64,000 nt of DNA from Cyanophora paradoxa CCMP329 (Eukaryota > Plantae > Glaucophyta), in assembly GCA_004431415.1 (NCBI GenBank), contig QPMI01000190.1, positions 1 through 64,000 of the forward strand, written 5' to 3'. This document shows, one piece after another, positions 33,508-45,261 of the stretch. Within the stretch, counting starts at the first letter, position 1. Each line of letters starts with the position of its first letter. The notes under the pieces are model-generated. The model was not told where the DNA came from, ran no database searches, and saw only the letters and a program-made list of their open reading frames with translations. A program made the translations under genes and the position numbers.

Positions 33508-36500
33508 ATGACGCAGTCTATGCGCCTCTCGCTAGATAGCGCCGTTGCGCGCACGGCGTTGCCAGGCGAGGAGGTGGAGCCGTCTGATGTCGAGCTCCTG
33601 GCCGGCTTTCTGAATGGAGGCAAGGTGGACGGTCTCAGCAAGTTCACGCAGGATGCCAACAAGAGAGTATGCTCGTTGCGCCGCCCCCCCAGGCGCTTGG
33701 GTGCTGAGCGGCGTTCTGCCCGCAGGCTTCCGTGGCCTACGAGGAGCTAACGGGGCTGCGGGGGCGCGTGGAGAGGAGATCCACAAGAAGACAGTCGATC
33801 ATGGGAAACGCCCGAGCTATCGCGGCTATGGCGGCCGGCCGCCGGCAATCTATTGTCGGGGCCTTCATTCCGTCCCGGAAGTCGAGGTGCGGGGGCCGCC
33901 AGGGCTCCGCGCTGCGGCGCGGCGCGCGTCTGACAGTATGCAATGCTCAGCTACGTGAAGATGCAGCAGGAACGCTTCCGAAAGTTCGACACCGTCTGGG
34001 GCGACATCCGCTCCATGCTGTACCGCAACCAGAAGTGGGAGTCCGAGCACGAGAGTGCGCCCATTTCTTTCTATCAGACCATGCGCTCCTTTAACAGCGC
34101 GCTCCGGTCCGCGCCGCGCTGATATTCGCGCGCCCAGTTCTCCAGCCGAACGTGTGGACGCCCGGGAACGTGGAGAAGGAAAAGTGGGTCCCGCCGCGAG
34201 TCCCTGGCGGCGCAGGGCTTGCAGCTGATGGGGCAACAGGACGAAGTACTACGTGGTGGACATCGCGGAGCACGGGAAGGTGAAGATCGACCTGCAGGCC
34301 ATCGACGGCGACTCGGACCTCTAGTGCGCCCGCCCCGCCCCTCCCCGCTACCCCGGCCCGACTCGTCCGCAGCGTCTCGAACAAGTTCGAGTACCCCGGG
34401 AAGGAGGAGTACACGTGGAAGTCCGCGGGCGAGGGCAGCGATTTCGTGGAGGTCGACTTCTCGGACACCAGCATGCCCCTGGGGCCCCTCTTCATCGGTA
34501 CCCCCCTGCCCTGCTCCCACCACCTCCCCCCCTGCCCTGCCCCTGCCCCCGGGGCTTCCCCGCCGATCCGGGGGGGGGGCGGCAGGGGTGTACGGCTTCT
34601 CGGACTCGGAGTTCAAGATCTGCGTGAAGGCGCGGAACCACACCGTGCTGCCCCTCAACAAGTGCGCGCCCCGGGCGGGGGACGGGGGCGGGGGCCGGGG
34701 GCGAGGCGGGGCGGGGGCCGGGCAGGCCGATCCAGGGGACGGTGGCGGAGAACCAGGCCAAGTTCTACCGCTTCCTCTTTCCCCCGCGGGAGGAGAGCGT
34801 CACCATCACCCTCAAGGTGCCCCGCCCCGCCTCCCCCGCCTCCGCCCCGACGCCCCTCCCTCTCTCCCCCCATCTACCTCCCTCTCTCCGGGCCGCGCCG
34901 GTCGGCGTGGCGGGGGCTGTTGGCGACGGGCGCCGCCCTGCCCTCCTCCTCTCTCGCCGCCGCCGGCGGCGTGGCCTGGCGGGGCGTGGGCTGAGGGCGG
35001 GGCGGCAGGTGCTCGACGGGGACGCCGACCTCGCCGTCGACAACAAGCTCAAGTACCCCACCAAGAGTGCCCCCGCACCCCCGCCCCGCCCCGCCCCGCC
35101 CGCCGCCCCGCCCGCCGCGCGGGGCGTGTTTGCGAGGCGGGGGGGGCGGGGGCGCAGCGGGGGCGAAGTGGATCTCGGCGGCGGACGGGGACGACGAGAT
35201 CACGGTGTCGACGAAGGACCGGGGCTTCACGCAGGGCGCCTACTACGTCGGCGTCTGGGGCTTCTGCGAGTCCCAGTTCGTCATCCGCATGCGCGTCAAC
35301 CCCCGCAGTCCGCCCCCGCCCCCGCCGCCCCGCACCGTCCCCTCCCCGGCCCTCACCGCCCCCGGCAGCGGACGAGCGGCGCGGGGCGAACCGCGTGTAC
35401 CGGTACCTGCAGGACGACGAGGCGGAGGGGGAGGGCGCCGAGGAGGAGGCGGGGGAGGAGGACAAGGACCTCAAGGCGGCGCTCGTGCAGGGCGGGCGCG
35501 CCGCCGAGCGCGAGATCGACGCCGCCATCGCCAGCGGCCAGATCGCCCTCCCGGGCTTCACCCCCAGCGGCGCCGACGCCCCCGAGAGCCGCGCCCCGCA
35601 CGGGCTCTTCCGGCCGAGCGCCGGCAACGTGATGCGGCGGCCGCTGACGGGGCAGGCGAACGCGCTGGCGCTGCGGCTGCGGAGCGAGCTGCAGAGCGCG
35701 CGGGCCTCGGGGGAGGCCCCCGCCGGCCTCCAGGAGCTCGTCACGCCGCGGGCCCCGAGGGGGCGCTGCGGGGGACGCCGCGCGGGCGCACCTGCGGCTC
35801 GCCGGCGAGGTCTCCGCCTCGGCGACCCTCCGCGCCGTCCTCCAGGAGACGCGCGCCGCCGCCGCCCTCGCCGCCGCCGAGCGCCCCCGCGGCCCAGCCC
35901 CCACGCCACCGACTCCCCGCGCCCCGCCTCCGCCGCCCCGGCCCCGGCCCCGCCCTCCCGGCCCCCGCCCTCGCCGTCTCGGTCGGAAGCCGCCGCTGGG
36001 GCCCTCGCCGCGCACCTCCCCCGCGCCGCGCCCCGCCGTACCCCCGCTGCCCTTTCCGGGGCCTCCACCCCGCCCCCGGCGCCGCCGCCTCCCCTCGACG
36101 ACCCCGCGCCGCCGGCGACGCCGGCGCCGGGAGGCGGCGCCGGGACGCCGGCGCGGGCGGTGGTGGCGGCGGGCCCGGCGGAGGGCGGCAGCAGCAGCTG
36201 ATGACCGAGGCGCGGGACACGGCGGCCTACTTTCTCCCCTCGCGCCGCGCCTCCAGCGCCTCCGTCACGCGCGCCCGCCGCACCTCGAACGCCAGCGCCG
36301 TGGGCGTGCGGGCCGGCAGCGAGAGCCCCGTGCGGACCGCCCTGCGCCCCGACACGGCCCCGCGGCCCGAGACGGCGTCCCCCTCGCCCCTCCCCGCCGG
36401 CCTCGCGCCCTCCTCGACTCCAGGGTCCGCCCCGCCCCGCCCCGCCCCGCCCCGCCGCCCTTCGCGCCCTCGAACGCGGGCGGGGCGGGCGCAGGCGGGG

Positions 36501-37523
36501 CGGTGCCGCTGCACCTGCAGGCCCTCCACAACCTCGCCGCCAGCCTCGGCGCCCGGGCCCCGTCGCCCCCACGCCGCCCCGTACCCCTACCCCGCCTTTC
36601 CCGACCCGCAGGCCCCCGTCTCGCCCGCGTGCGCCCCTCCCGCCCTCGGCCCCGCGCCGGGCGCTGAGGCGGGGCGGGGGCTGGCAGGGGACGCGGCAGC
36701 CGAGCGGGGCGTGGGTGCGGGGGGCGGGCGGGGCGCGGAGCGCGGCGGAGGGATGGCGACGCTGGGCGACATCATGGTCGCCTCCCTCGCCGGCCGCCCC
36801 GCCTCCTCCCCCGCCGCCCCCGCCGCCCGCTCCCGCTCGGCCCCCTTCCCCTCAAGCCCGGCGGCGGCGGCGGCGGCGGGGCGGGGACGCCGCCGTCGGA
36901 GGGGGAGGGCGGGGGCGGGGCGGGGGTCACCCCGAGGAGCTGGACGCCCTCTACCGCCACTACTACGCCTCGGACGGGAGCCGCCGCGCCAGCGCCTCCG
37001 CCCGCCCCCGCGCCGCCTCGCCGCCTCCGCCAAGGCCCCCGCCCCGCCGACGTCGCCGCCGCCCGCCTGCGGGCGCAGCTCGCGCAGACGGCCCCCGACC
37101 TCGAGCCGACCACGGCGCGCCGCGCGCACTCGGCCTCCCCCTCGCCGCGCCCGCCGCCCGGCCCGCCGCCGGCAGCCGCCGCTCCGGCCTCGTACGGCAT
37201 GCGCGCCACCGTCAAGACCTCCCCCGCTACGTCACTGCCACGCCCCGGCCGCCCCCTCCCCGCGCCCCGCCTCGGGGGCCCCACCCGCACCGCCGGCCCC
37301 GGCCCGCGGCGACCGCCGGCCGGTGGCGCCGACGCCGCCGCCCGTGAGGCCTGGGACGGCGCCGGCTGGCTTCCCGCGGGCGCCGCGGCCGCCCGCTGCG
37401 CCGCGGGCGACGGGGGCGCAGACGGTGGCCGAGGTGGCGGCGAGCCTGCAGCGCATCCAGGGCGAGATCGGCAGCCTCCTCACCTCCCGCATCGCCCCCG
37501 CCGCCGCCCCCGCCCCGGCCTAG
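33508..37523 (+). CDS. Hypothetical protein with two PPC-like beta-sandwich domains and a long Pro/Ala-rich tail
   Basis: Two repeats: GDSDLYVSNKFEYP..YTWKS..G.D..IGVYGFSDSEF and GDADLAVDNKLKYP..WIS..GDD..YYVGVWGFCESQF. Confidence 0.65.
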
Positions 37524-38127
37524 GCCCCGCCCCGCTCGGGGGGGCCCAGCCCAGGGCCCCACACTTTCATGCATACTGTATTATTCACAGGCAGGTCTTC
37601 TCCCGGCCACGCGCCTGCGAGGAATGTACCTAAGCAGCTACAGCGAGGGCTAGCCTAGCTACGTACTACGGTAAGAGATTCAGCTGTACATGTGTGCAGC
37701 GAAAGCAGTGCAGACTCTGAGGAAGAGTAGTACTGCGTTCGAATGCACACTAATCGAATCATGAACGGCATTATGAAAAGCAAAACTGGCGTTCTGTTAC
37801 ATTCTGATGCATGATCAGCGAGCTCTCATGGCAGCAGCGAGCTCTCATATGCATCGATCAGCCCGGCAGCGAGCTCTCAGCCTGGCAGCCTGGCAGAGTC
37901 TGGAACTTCGGAAGGATAATCGCATCTCAGCTGCAGAAAGTCTCAGAGCCTAAGCTTCATGTCAGTAGTTGAAAAGTGTTGAAAGAGGCCGAGTAGGATC
38001 GGATCATGAAAAACAAAAACACGACTATAAAAGAAATCCTTCCGCAAATCAAAAGCATCTCAATACCGAGACGAAGCATCCGAGTATTGTCCTGGGCCTC
38101 TGAGGCTCCGACAGGAAAGTCCTGTGC

Positions 38128-39675
38128 GAGAATCGAGGGCGAGGCCTGAGGGCGCACACAGGAAGAGCCCCGGGCCCCGCCCTCGCGCGAGCAGAGGCTC
38201 GAGAGGGGCGTCAGGCCGGGGCGGCAGCGCAGGCAGGGGGCGCGGGGCCGAGGGCGGGGCGGGGCCGCGCGGCGAGGGCGGCCCGCGCGGCGGCAGTGGC
38301 CTCCGGGTGGGCAGGTGGAGGGCCGCGGGGGCGAGGGCGGGGCAGGCGGCGGGGAGGAGGCGGGCGAGCTCCTCCCAGGCGGCCGCCTCCTCGCGGGACC
38401 GGGCGACCTCGCCGGCCGGGGCGGGGGCCTCGGGGCGAAGGAGAGGGCGCGGAGGCGGGGCAGGGCGGCGAGGCGGCGAGCAGGGGCCCGGGCCCCCCGC
38501 GAGGAGTGCCCCTCGCCGAGCCGCAGCCGCTCGAGGCTCGCCGCGTGCGCCCCGCCTGCCGGCCGCCTCGCAATCAGCGGCGGCGGGCGAAAGGAGGTCG
38601 CTTTGAGGAGGCTGGGGCGGGGGCGCGCACGGGCGAGCCAGTCGAGGAGGGCGGCGGCGCGCTCGGGGCGGGCGCGGCGCGGCGTGACGAGGGCCGCGTC
38701 GAGCTCGAGGGCCCCCGCGAGGGCGTCCCCAGGCACTCGGCGGCCGCCGCGCAGGCCGGCCAGAGGGCGACGGCGCGGCAGCCGGCGGCGGCGAGGCGGG
38801 CGAGGGCGCGTCGGCGGCGCACGCCTCGTCGTGCACGCGGTGCAGCACGAGGCGCTCGGGGACGAGGCCGGCCTCGAGCAGCGCCCGCAGCGGGCCGGGG
38901 CCGCCCCAGGAGACGCACGCGGCGCGTAGGGTTCGGAGGGCGGGGAAGGCGGCGCGGAGGGGGGCGAAGGGGGCCCCCTCGCCGACGGCGACGAGGGGCG
39001 CGTCGAGGGCGAGCTCCTCGAGGCGGGGCGCCGGCCCAGCCGCCGCCAGCGCCTCCGCCGCGTACACGAAGCGCGCCTCCCCGGGCGGCGAGCCGGGGTC
39101 CAGGAAGCGCAGTGAGAGGGCGCGCAGGGCCGGCAGCGCCCGCAGTGACACTCCTTCCAGGTCCAGCGCGCCGGGCCCCGGCCCGCCGGGCTGCTGCGAG
39201 GCCGCCGGACTCGGTTCCACGCTCTCCAAATAGCTGATCTTCAGGCGCTCCACGCTGGGCGGCGCCGCCGCGAGGAGCGAGGCGAGCTTGACGCCGCGGC
39301 CGACCGCGACGATCGAAAGCTCCTGCAGCTGCGAGAAGCGCGGCTGTTGCAGCAGCGCCGGAGCATTCTCCGGGGTGACGACCGGGAGCTCGTTTGCGCG
39401 CACGTGCGTGTAGCCGACGTGTAGCCTGCGGTGGACGGTCAGCACTCAACCGCGCGCGCGAGGCGGCGGTTGCATCGGCTCGGCGGCGTGGCGCACTGCA
39501 AAGACTTCCAGCAGTTCGGGCTATACGATGCCACAGCAAACCGCCGGCTGACGGCGGCGGCCAGGTAGCGGTCACGCTGGCCCAAAAAGAGCAGGACGGC
39601 CTCCAGCAGCTCGTCCGGCAGATCGGCTATGCACGCTGGCGTTGTCGATCTAGACCAAGCCAACGCGACGCTCAT
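38128..39675 (-). CDS. F-box/LRR-like protein (3' end uncertain)
   Basis: IADLPDELLEAVLLFL..R..AAAVSRRF..W; LRR-like LQELSI, LRALSL, LEELAL, FPALRTL. Confidence 0.75.
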
Positions 39676-40582
39676 AGCTGATGTGGCCGGCTGCAGCTGC
39701 GCGCAGCCTTCGAGAAGGTTTTCCAGTACGTACTAGCTAGTACTAGTGGTTGCAAATTGCAGAAGCTGAGGTTTGACGGACGAAAGTTTGGACGAAAGCT
39801 GAGGTTTGACGGACGAAAGTTGGACGAAAGGAAAGCTCACAGTTGCAGTACCCCTTCACGCCCGCAGAACGGACAGCTGCAGGGCCCTGCAGTGCACCCG
39901 CGATGCGTTGCGCAGCTCCTTCCCCGACAGAGGCCGCGCTCAGGTACGCGCATGCGCAGCGCGCGCGCACGCGATCGAGCTTGTTTAAATTCAAGCTTGC
40001 CTCTTTTTAAAGCTTCGGGCGCTCGCGGTCGAGCGCCGACGTCGCGCGCGCAGGGGTTCCGTATGGATCTACACGCGCCCCGCTCTGGCAGGCCACCCAA
40101 TCCCTCTGTGCGCTCTTCGGCGAGCAGCACTCACATTGGGCACCAGTGCGCCCCCTTCGTCTTCGATTTCGTATGTTTTCTATAATTAATTTGATCTCGC
40201 GCGCGGCGTCGCGCAGGCGATCCGCACGGATTGCGATGGCCCCAGTACCCCAGCTTCGATCCGACGCGGCGCGATGCGGCTCCACCTTACGCACCTTCGG
40301 GAGCGGGGGAGGCCCGGTACCGGTCTCCCGGTCCGGGGCAGTATTCCTCTCCCTTAGCGGCCAGTCCGTGGCGGGAACGGGCGAGCCTCCGGGCACGGCC
40401 CGCACCTCTGATCTTCCGATCTTAAGCACGTAGGGCAAGTAGACCTAGGGTTTCGATCTCGAGCTTCGGTATTCGATTTCGATTTTCGACGTCGCTTGCC
40501 CATCTGTCTGAGCCCTTACGATTCGACCGGCGGCCCACTGCTAGCCAAACAGCTGCTACGGCTAGTCCAGATGTCGTTGGTC

Positions 40583-43500
40583 CACAGCGGAACGCTTGTA
40601 TGGGGAAAAAAGTATCCGAGTTTAAAAAAAATCGTTAGGTAAATTCTTATGTAAATTCCGAGCGGGGGTAGACCAGCCGAGGCGGCTGTTATACCGGTTC
40701 CCGTTGGCAAAAAAACTCCGCCGGACTAACCGCAAAAAAACCGCCGGCCTGGCTCTACCCCGCCCGTCTGACCGTCTTGTAGAGCAGCTGCAGCGTGCTA
40801 AGCGTTCCGGCTGCGGGAATGAGTTCAGCTGCGGTGTGTGCGCTAGCGAGAATGCCTCCGTCAAGCTCGGCGGCCGCTAGGTGCATTTTGGTGGAAGATG
40901 CCTCCCGGTCCACTCGTTTGACAGCGCGCAGGCCGCAGGCAGATGCCAGGAGATGTGAGAGATGATGACGCTTGCAGTTGGAGGACAGGTGCCCTCGTTT
41001 GGCCGACCTTGCTGCTAACGGTCGCATTGGACCAAGCAGATTCCCGCAGAGCTAAGCGATCTAGCCTCTCTTTTCTGCTCTGTTGGCTGATGTACGACCT
41101 CTTTGCAGGTCCCAGGCGCCCTCCGACACTGCTCAGGTGCATTTCGTCGTGTTGTTGCTCCCCAGTGAGTCCCCACCCGTTTGACACGATGCAGATCCAG
41201 ACTGCAGGAGCATGGCATTACCATAAAGCACCGTGCAGAACCATCGGTACAGGTGCGATTGTACTCGTTCTGCCGACTTCCATCTGCGAGCCGCTTCCGC
41301 GATGCTGCGCTTCCACCCGCTAGATACGGCGGCATGGCGGCGCCTACGAAGTAGCATGTCGTTAGCAGAATGTCGATGAAACATCTAGGTCCCTCTCCCT
41401 TCGCGTCCTGCTCACGTTTGTCCGATCGCAGCACATCTTGTCACGGCAACACTGGGGATGTTGCGCGGAAGCTCATTGAATCATACATAGATCCACTACT
41501 GGTTAGCGTTACTTCCTCTTTCGCTCTTCTTTTGCTCTGCCGCCGCCGCTCATTTCGGACCTTCAGGTTCTTTTCCGCCCGATCATCACTCGGCGTGTTG
41601 CTCCACGACGCTGTTCGGCCGGCTGCGGCGCAAGCGCGGTCCGGCGAGCCGCGCCGCCGCCCGCCGCGCCCCCGCCTCGCCGCCCGCGGGCTCCGGCTCC
41701 AGCGCCAACGCGGTCCGGCGAGCCGCGTCGCCGCTCGTCCGCCCCGTCAGGCGAGCCGCCCCGTCTCGCCGGGCCGCCCCGAGCCCGGCCGCCGCTCGCG
41801 GCGCCCGGTGAGCCAGCTTGGGCGCCACGCGGTGCGCCCGCCATGCTGCCATCGTCGGCTCCGGCGGTCCCGCCGCGTACGGTAGCTGATAGGTGTTGTC
41901 CGGCGGTCCGGCCGCGCGCCGTAGCTGTTAGGTGTTGTCCCAGGCCCGTCCATCCTTGCCCGAGCTTGAGCTGATGTATGACTTCTCACGTAAAAGGTTA
42001 TCTTTTCATTGTTTGGCCGGGCTCGCGCATGCGCGGTTGTGGGCGGCGCCGGAACTTGAAAATGCACTAGTAGCTATAGTACTGCACTCCCCAGCGGCCG
42101 GCAGCGACTCGGCGATGCGGGGCCGGAACATGTACATCGCGCGCGGCAACTGTCACACTTGCCAAGATGTCACACGCACACTCGGGTGCGCACTGCGCTC
42201 GCCGAGTCGGTCAGCGTCTTAAGCTTGCAATTGGCGCGCGCCGGCCGCGGGCCCGGCCCGGCAGCCGCGGCGCTCAGCGGCTCGAGCTCACTGCCGGCGC
42301 GCGACTTCAGCTGCTGGGCTTCCCCGAGGCTTTCGCCGCTTGCAGTCGCATGTTCATCTTCTCTAGAACGTATACGAGCCCGCAGGGCGCGCCCCGCTTC
42401 GAGCTGCACCCGCGGCACGCGGCGGAGCACGGGCAGGTGCCCTCGGGTTATCACGGCGTACCGCCGCGGCGGTCGCGCCGCGGGTCCTGTTAAGGCTTCC
42501 GGCCGCGGGTTAACCCGCACTAGCATTGGTTTTTCACTCAAGCGCACTAGGCCGGGCCCACGCGCGCGAGGGGGAGCCCTGCGGCTCGAGCATGCGTGGC
42601 GGCACAAAGACGCAGTACTCCCCGCGACTTCTCGCTTTGGGATCAAGATGTACATAGTCTAAATATCTCATGAAAACTCAAATATCATGTCTCGACGAAC
42701 GTTCCGGACGATGAGCAGGGTTTCTCGATGATGAAGTAGAAATGAAGATGAACTTAGTGAAGTTAAGTCTAGTACTCTGGTCTAAAGACTCATGATACCG
42801 AGGATCGTCCGGAACGTTCGCGCTCGCGGCGAAAATCGGTGCACACACTCTTAAGACATTATTCTTTTAGATTGTCACTCGTTTATATCGAGATGGCGCG
42901 CTGGTGGTTCAATATTTTGTCGGCGTGACCGTCGAATGAGGGAAAGCGGTTAAGGAACGGCACCCAGGCACGGTACAGGCTCTGCTGGGGCCAGTGAAGC
43001 GGCAAACGAAAGCCATTTGAGTGCCATACACGTTCTCCAAGGCAGCGGGTGCAAGAACAGGGCACAGGGCAGGTGGGGTAGGGCAGGGATGGGCTCCCGC
43101 CGCCCCTTCCCCCCCCGTGCCGCCCCCCGCCGCGCCGCCCCGGCCCCCGCCACGCCCGGCCGAGCCGCGCCGCCACCCACCGCGCCCTCGCCACGCGGCG
43201 AGCCGCGCCACCGCCCGCCGCGCCCCCGCCTCGCCGGCGAGCTGCGCCGCCGCACCTGCGCCCCGCCACGCCCGGCGAGCCGCGCCGCCGCCCGCCGCGC
43301 CCCCGCCACGCCCGGCCAAGCCGCGCCGCCCCCGGGGCGGCCACCCACCGCGCCTCGCCACGCGGCGAGCCGCGCCACCGCCCGCCGCGCCCCCGCCTCG
43401 CCCGGCGAGCTGCGCCGCCGCCACCTGCGCCCCGCCACGCCCGGCGAGCCGCGCCGCCGCCCGCCGCGCCCCGCCACGCCCGGCCGAGTCGCGCCGCCCC

Positions 43501-45019
43501 CGGGGCGGCCACCCACCGCGCCCTCGCCACGCGGCGAGCCGCGCCACCGCCCGCCGCGCCCCCGCCTCGCCCGGCGAGCTGCGCCGCCGCCACCTGCGCC
43601 CCGCCACGCCCGGCGAGCCGCGCCGCCGCCCGCCGCGCCCCCGCCACGCCCGGCCGAGCCGCGCCGCCCCCGGGGCGGCCACCCACCGCGCCCTCGCCAC
43701 GCGGCGAGCCGCGCCACCGCCCGCCGCGCCACCGTCACGCCCGGCGAGCCGCGCCACCGCCCGCCGCGCCCCCGTCCCGTGCGGCGAGCCGCGCCGCCGC
43801 CCGCCGCGCTCCTGCTCCGTGCTGCAAGCCGCGCCGCCGCCCGCCGCGCCCCCGTCCCGTGCGGCGAGCCGGGCCGCCGCCCTCCACGCGCCCGCCCCGT
43901 GCGGCGAGCCGCGCCGCCGCCCGCCGCACTCTTGCTCCGTGCTGCGAGCCGCGCCGCCGCCCGCCGCGCCCCCGCCCGGGCGGCGAGCCGCGCCGCCGCC
44001 CGCCGCGCTCCTGCTCCGTGCTGCAAGCCGCGCCGCCGCCCGCCGCGCCCCCGCTACGCCCGGCGAGCCGTGCCGCCGCCCGCCGCGTCCCCGCCCCGCC
44101 GGCGAGCCGCGCCGCCGCCCGCGCGCCGCGCCCCCGTCCGACGGTCCCGCCCGGCGAGCCGCGCCGCCGCCCGGCGGTCCCGCCGCGTACGGTAGGTGAT
44201 AGGTGTTGTCCGGTGGGTCCGCCGCCGCCGCGCTTCCACGCCGCCGCCGCCCGCGGCCGGCGACGGTGAGCCGCGACGCATCTGCGTGACCGGAGGCCCA
44301 GGGCCCGAGCATGAGCAGCATGCGCAGTTCAGCGAGCGCTCTCGCGCTCTATATAGCTGCCTGCTGATGCTCACGGTCCTGCCATGTCTCCGTAAAGCGC
44401 GCCGCGCCTTGGTGGCCTCCGCGGCTGAGGCTCCGCCAGTGCTGCAGCTGGCGGCGTTCTCTGTGCTAGTCGGGTTCTGCATACTGCGTGGATGCTCGCT
44501 GGCAGCTGGCGGCCCAGGCCGACTTGCACTGCGCCATCGATCCTGCGCCCGTGCGCGTTCTCACGGCGCTAGCGCCAAGTCCCACCAATGCTCCGATTTG
44601 CGCCCCCCAGCGGGAGCATTTCAAAGCTGGGTACGTCACCTAAGCGCCTGAGTCGCGGATTGGTGGCTTCGCGATCGAAAAAAACAGCGACAGCCGCCGC
44701 CGCCTTGCGAAAAAAAGGGCGTGGCGATCGATGCCGTAGATCGGGATTTCCTCCCGTGCAATCCGAGTGCTCAACGAGAGCTCCCCAGTGAGCCAAACCG
44801 CGCGGCCCGCGCATCGCAGGGCGCGGAGCTGCATCGACGGGAAGCTCGCACCAAGTTTGCAACAAAACCAAAAAAACCGAGGGGGTACTACGCGGTTTTG
44901 AAAAACAAACTATTGGTGCCGGTTCAGAAAACCTTTAATCCAACCGAGTCATATGTAGGTTGTATATACAGCGCTGCGTGACTCGGTTACTTTTTTCCCC
45001 ATACAAGCGTTCCGCTGTG
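40583..45019. mobile_element. Non-autonomous CMC/EnSpm-like DNA transposon
   Basis: 39-bp TIR CACAGCGGAACGCTTGTATGGGGAAAAAAGTAWCCGAGT (one mismatch; 40583-40621 and 44981-45019); 3-bp TSD GTC; empty site present at 53811-53840; no transposase ORF. Confidence 0.9.
43130..44190. repeat. GC minisatellite with higher-order structure (about 40-bp monomers, about 169-bp multimer)
   Basis: Marker CCACCCACCGCG recurs at 43173, 43341, 43509 and 43679. Confidence 0.9.
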
Positions 45020-45261
45020 GTCGTGTCTGAAATGCAAATTGCCCAGGCCAACTATCTACCCCCTGTCCGCTGTGGATCAAATTTGATGGTTTGGTCACAT
45101 TCTCGATCCTCGGTAATGCGAGCTCTATGTATATATGACAGCAGTGCGGGTTAAGTGCAGGTATAACAGGCCGCGGGCCCTAGTTCTACGCAGAAAAAGC
45201 GAGGCGGGAGCTGTCCGGCTCTAACGCGGCAGCCATGAAACAGCATGGAGGCTGGTGGCGC

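Larger units (their letters stand above)
39761..45037 (+). mobile_element. SINE/non-LTR-like repeat, long copy (39761-40582 plus 45023-45037), interrupted by the CACAG element
   Basis: 40428-40582 plus 45023-45037 match 52513-52590 plus 53752-53840; direct repeat TGCAAATTGC at 39751-39760 and 45033-45042; short tandem repeats at the left end. Confidence 0.55.

Noticed and set aside
43130-44190. Long Arg/Pro/Ala/Gly ORFs on both strands, or a repeat-spacer array
   Set aside because: Stop-free only because it is a GC minisatellite; the variable parts are related monomers.
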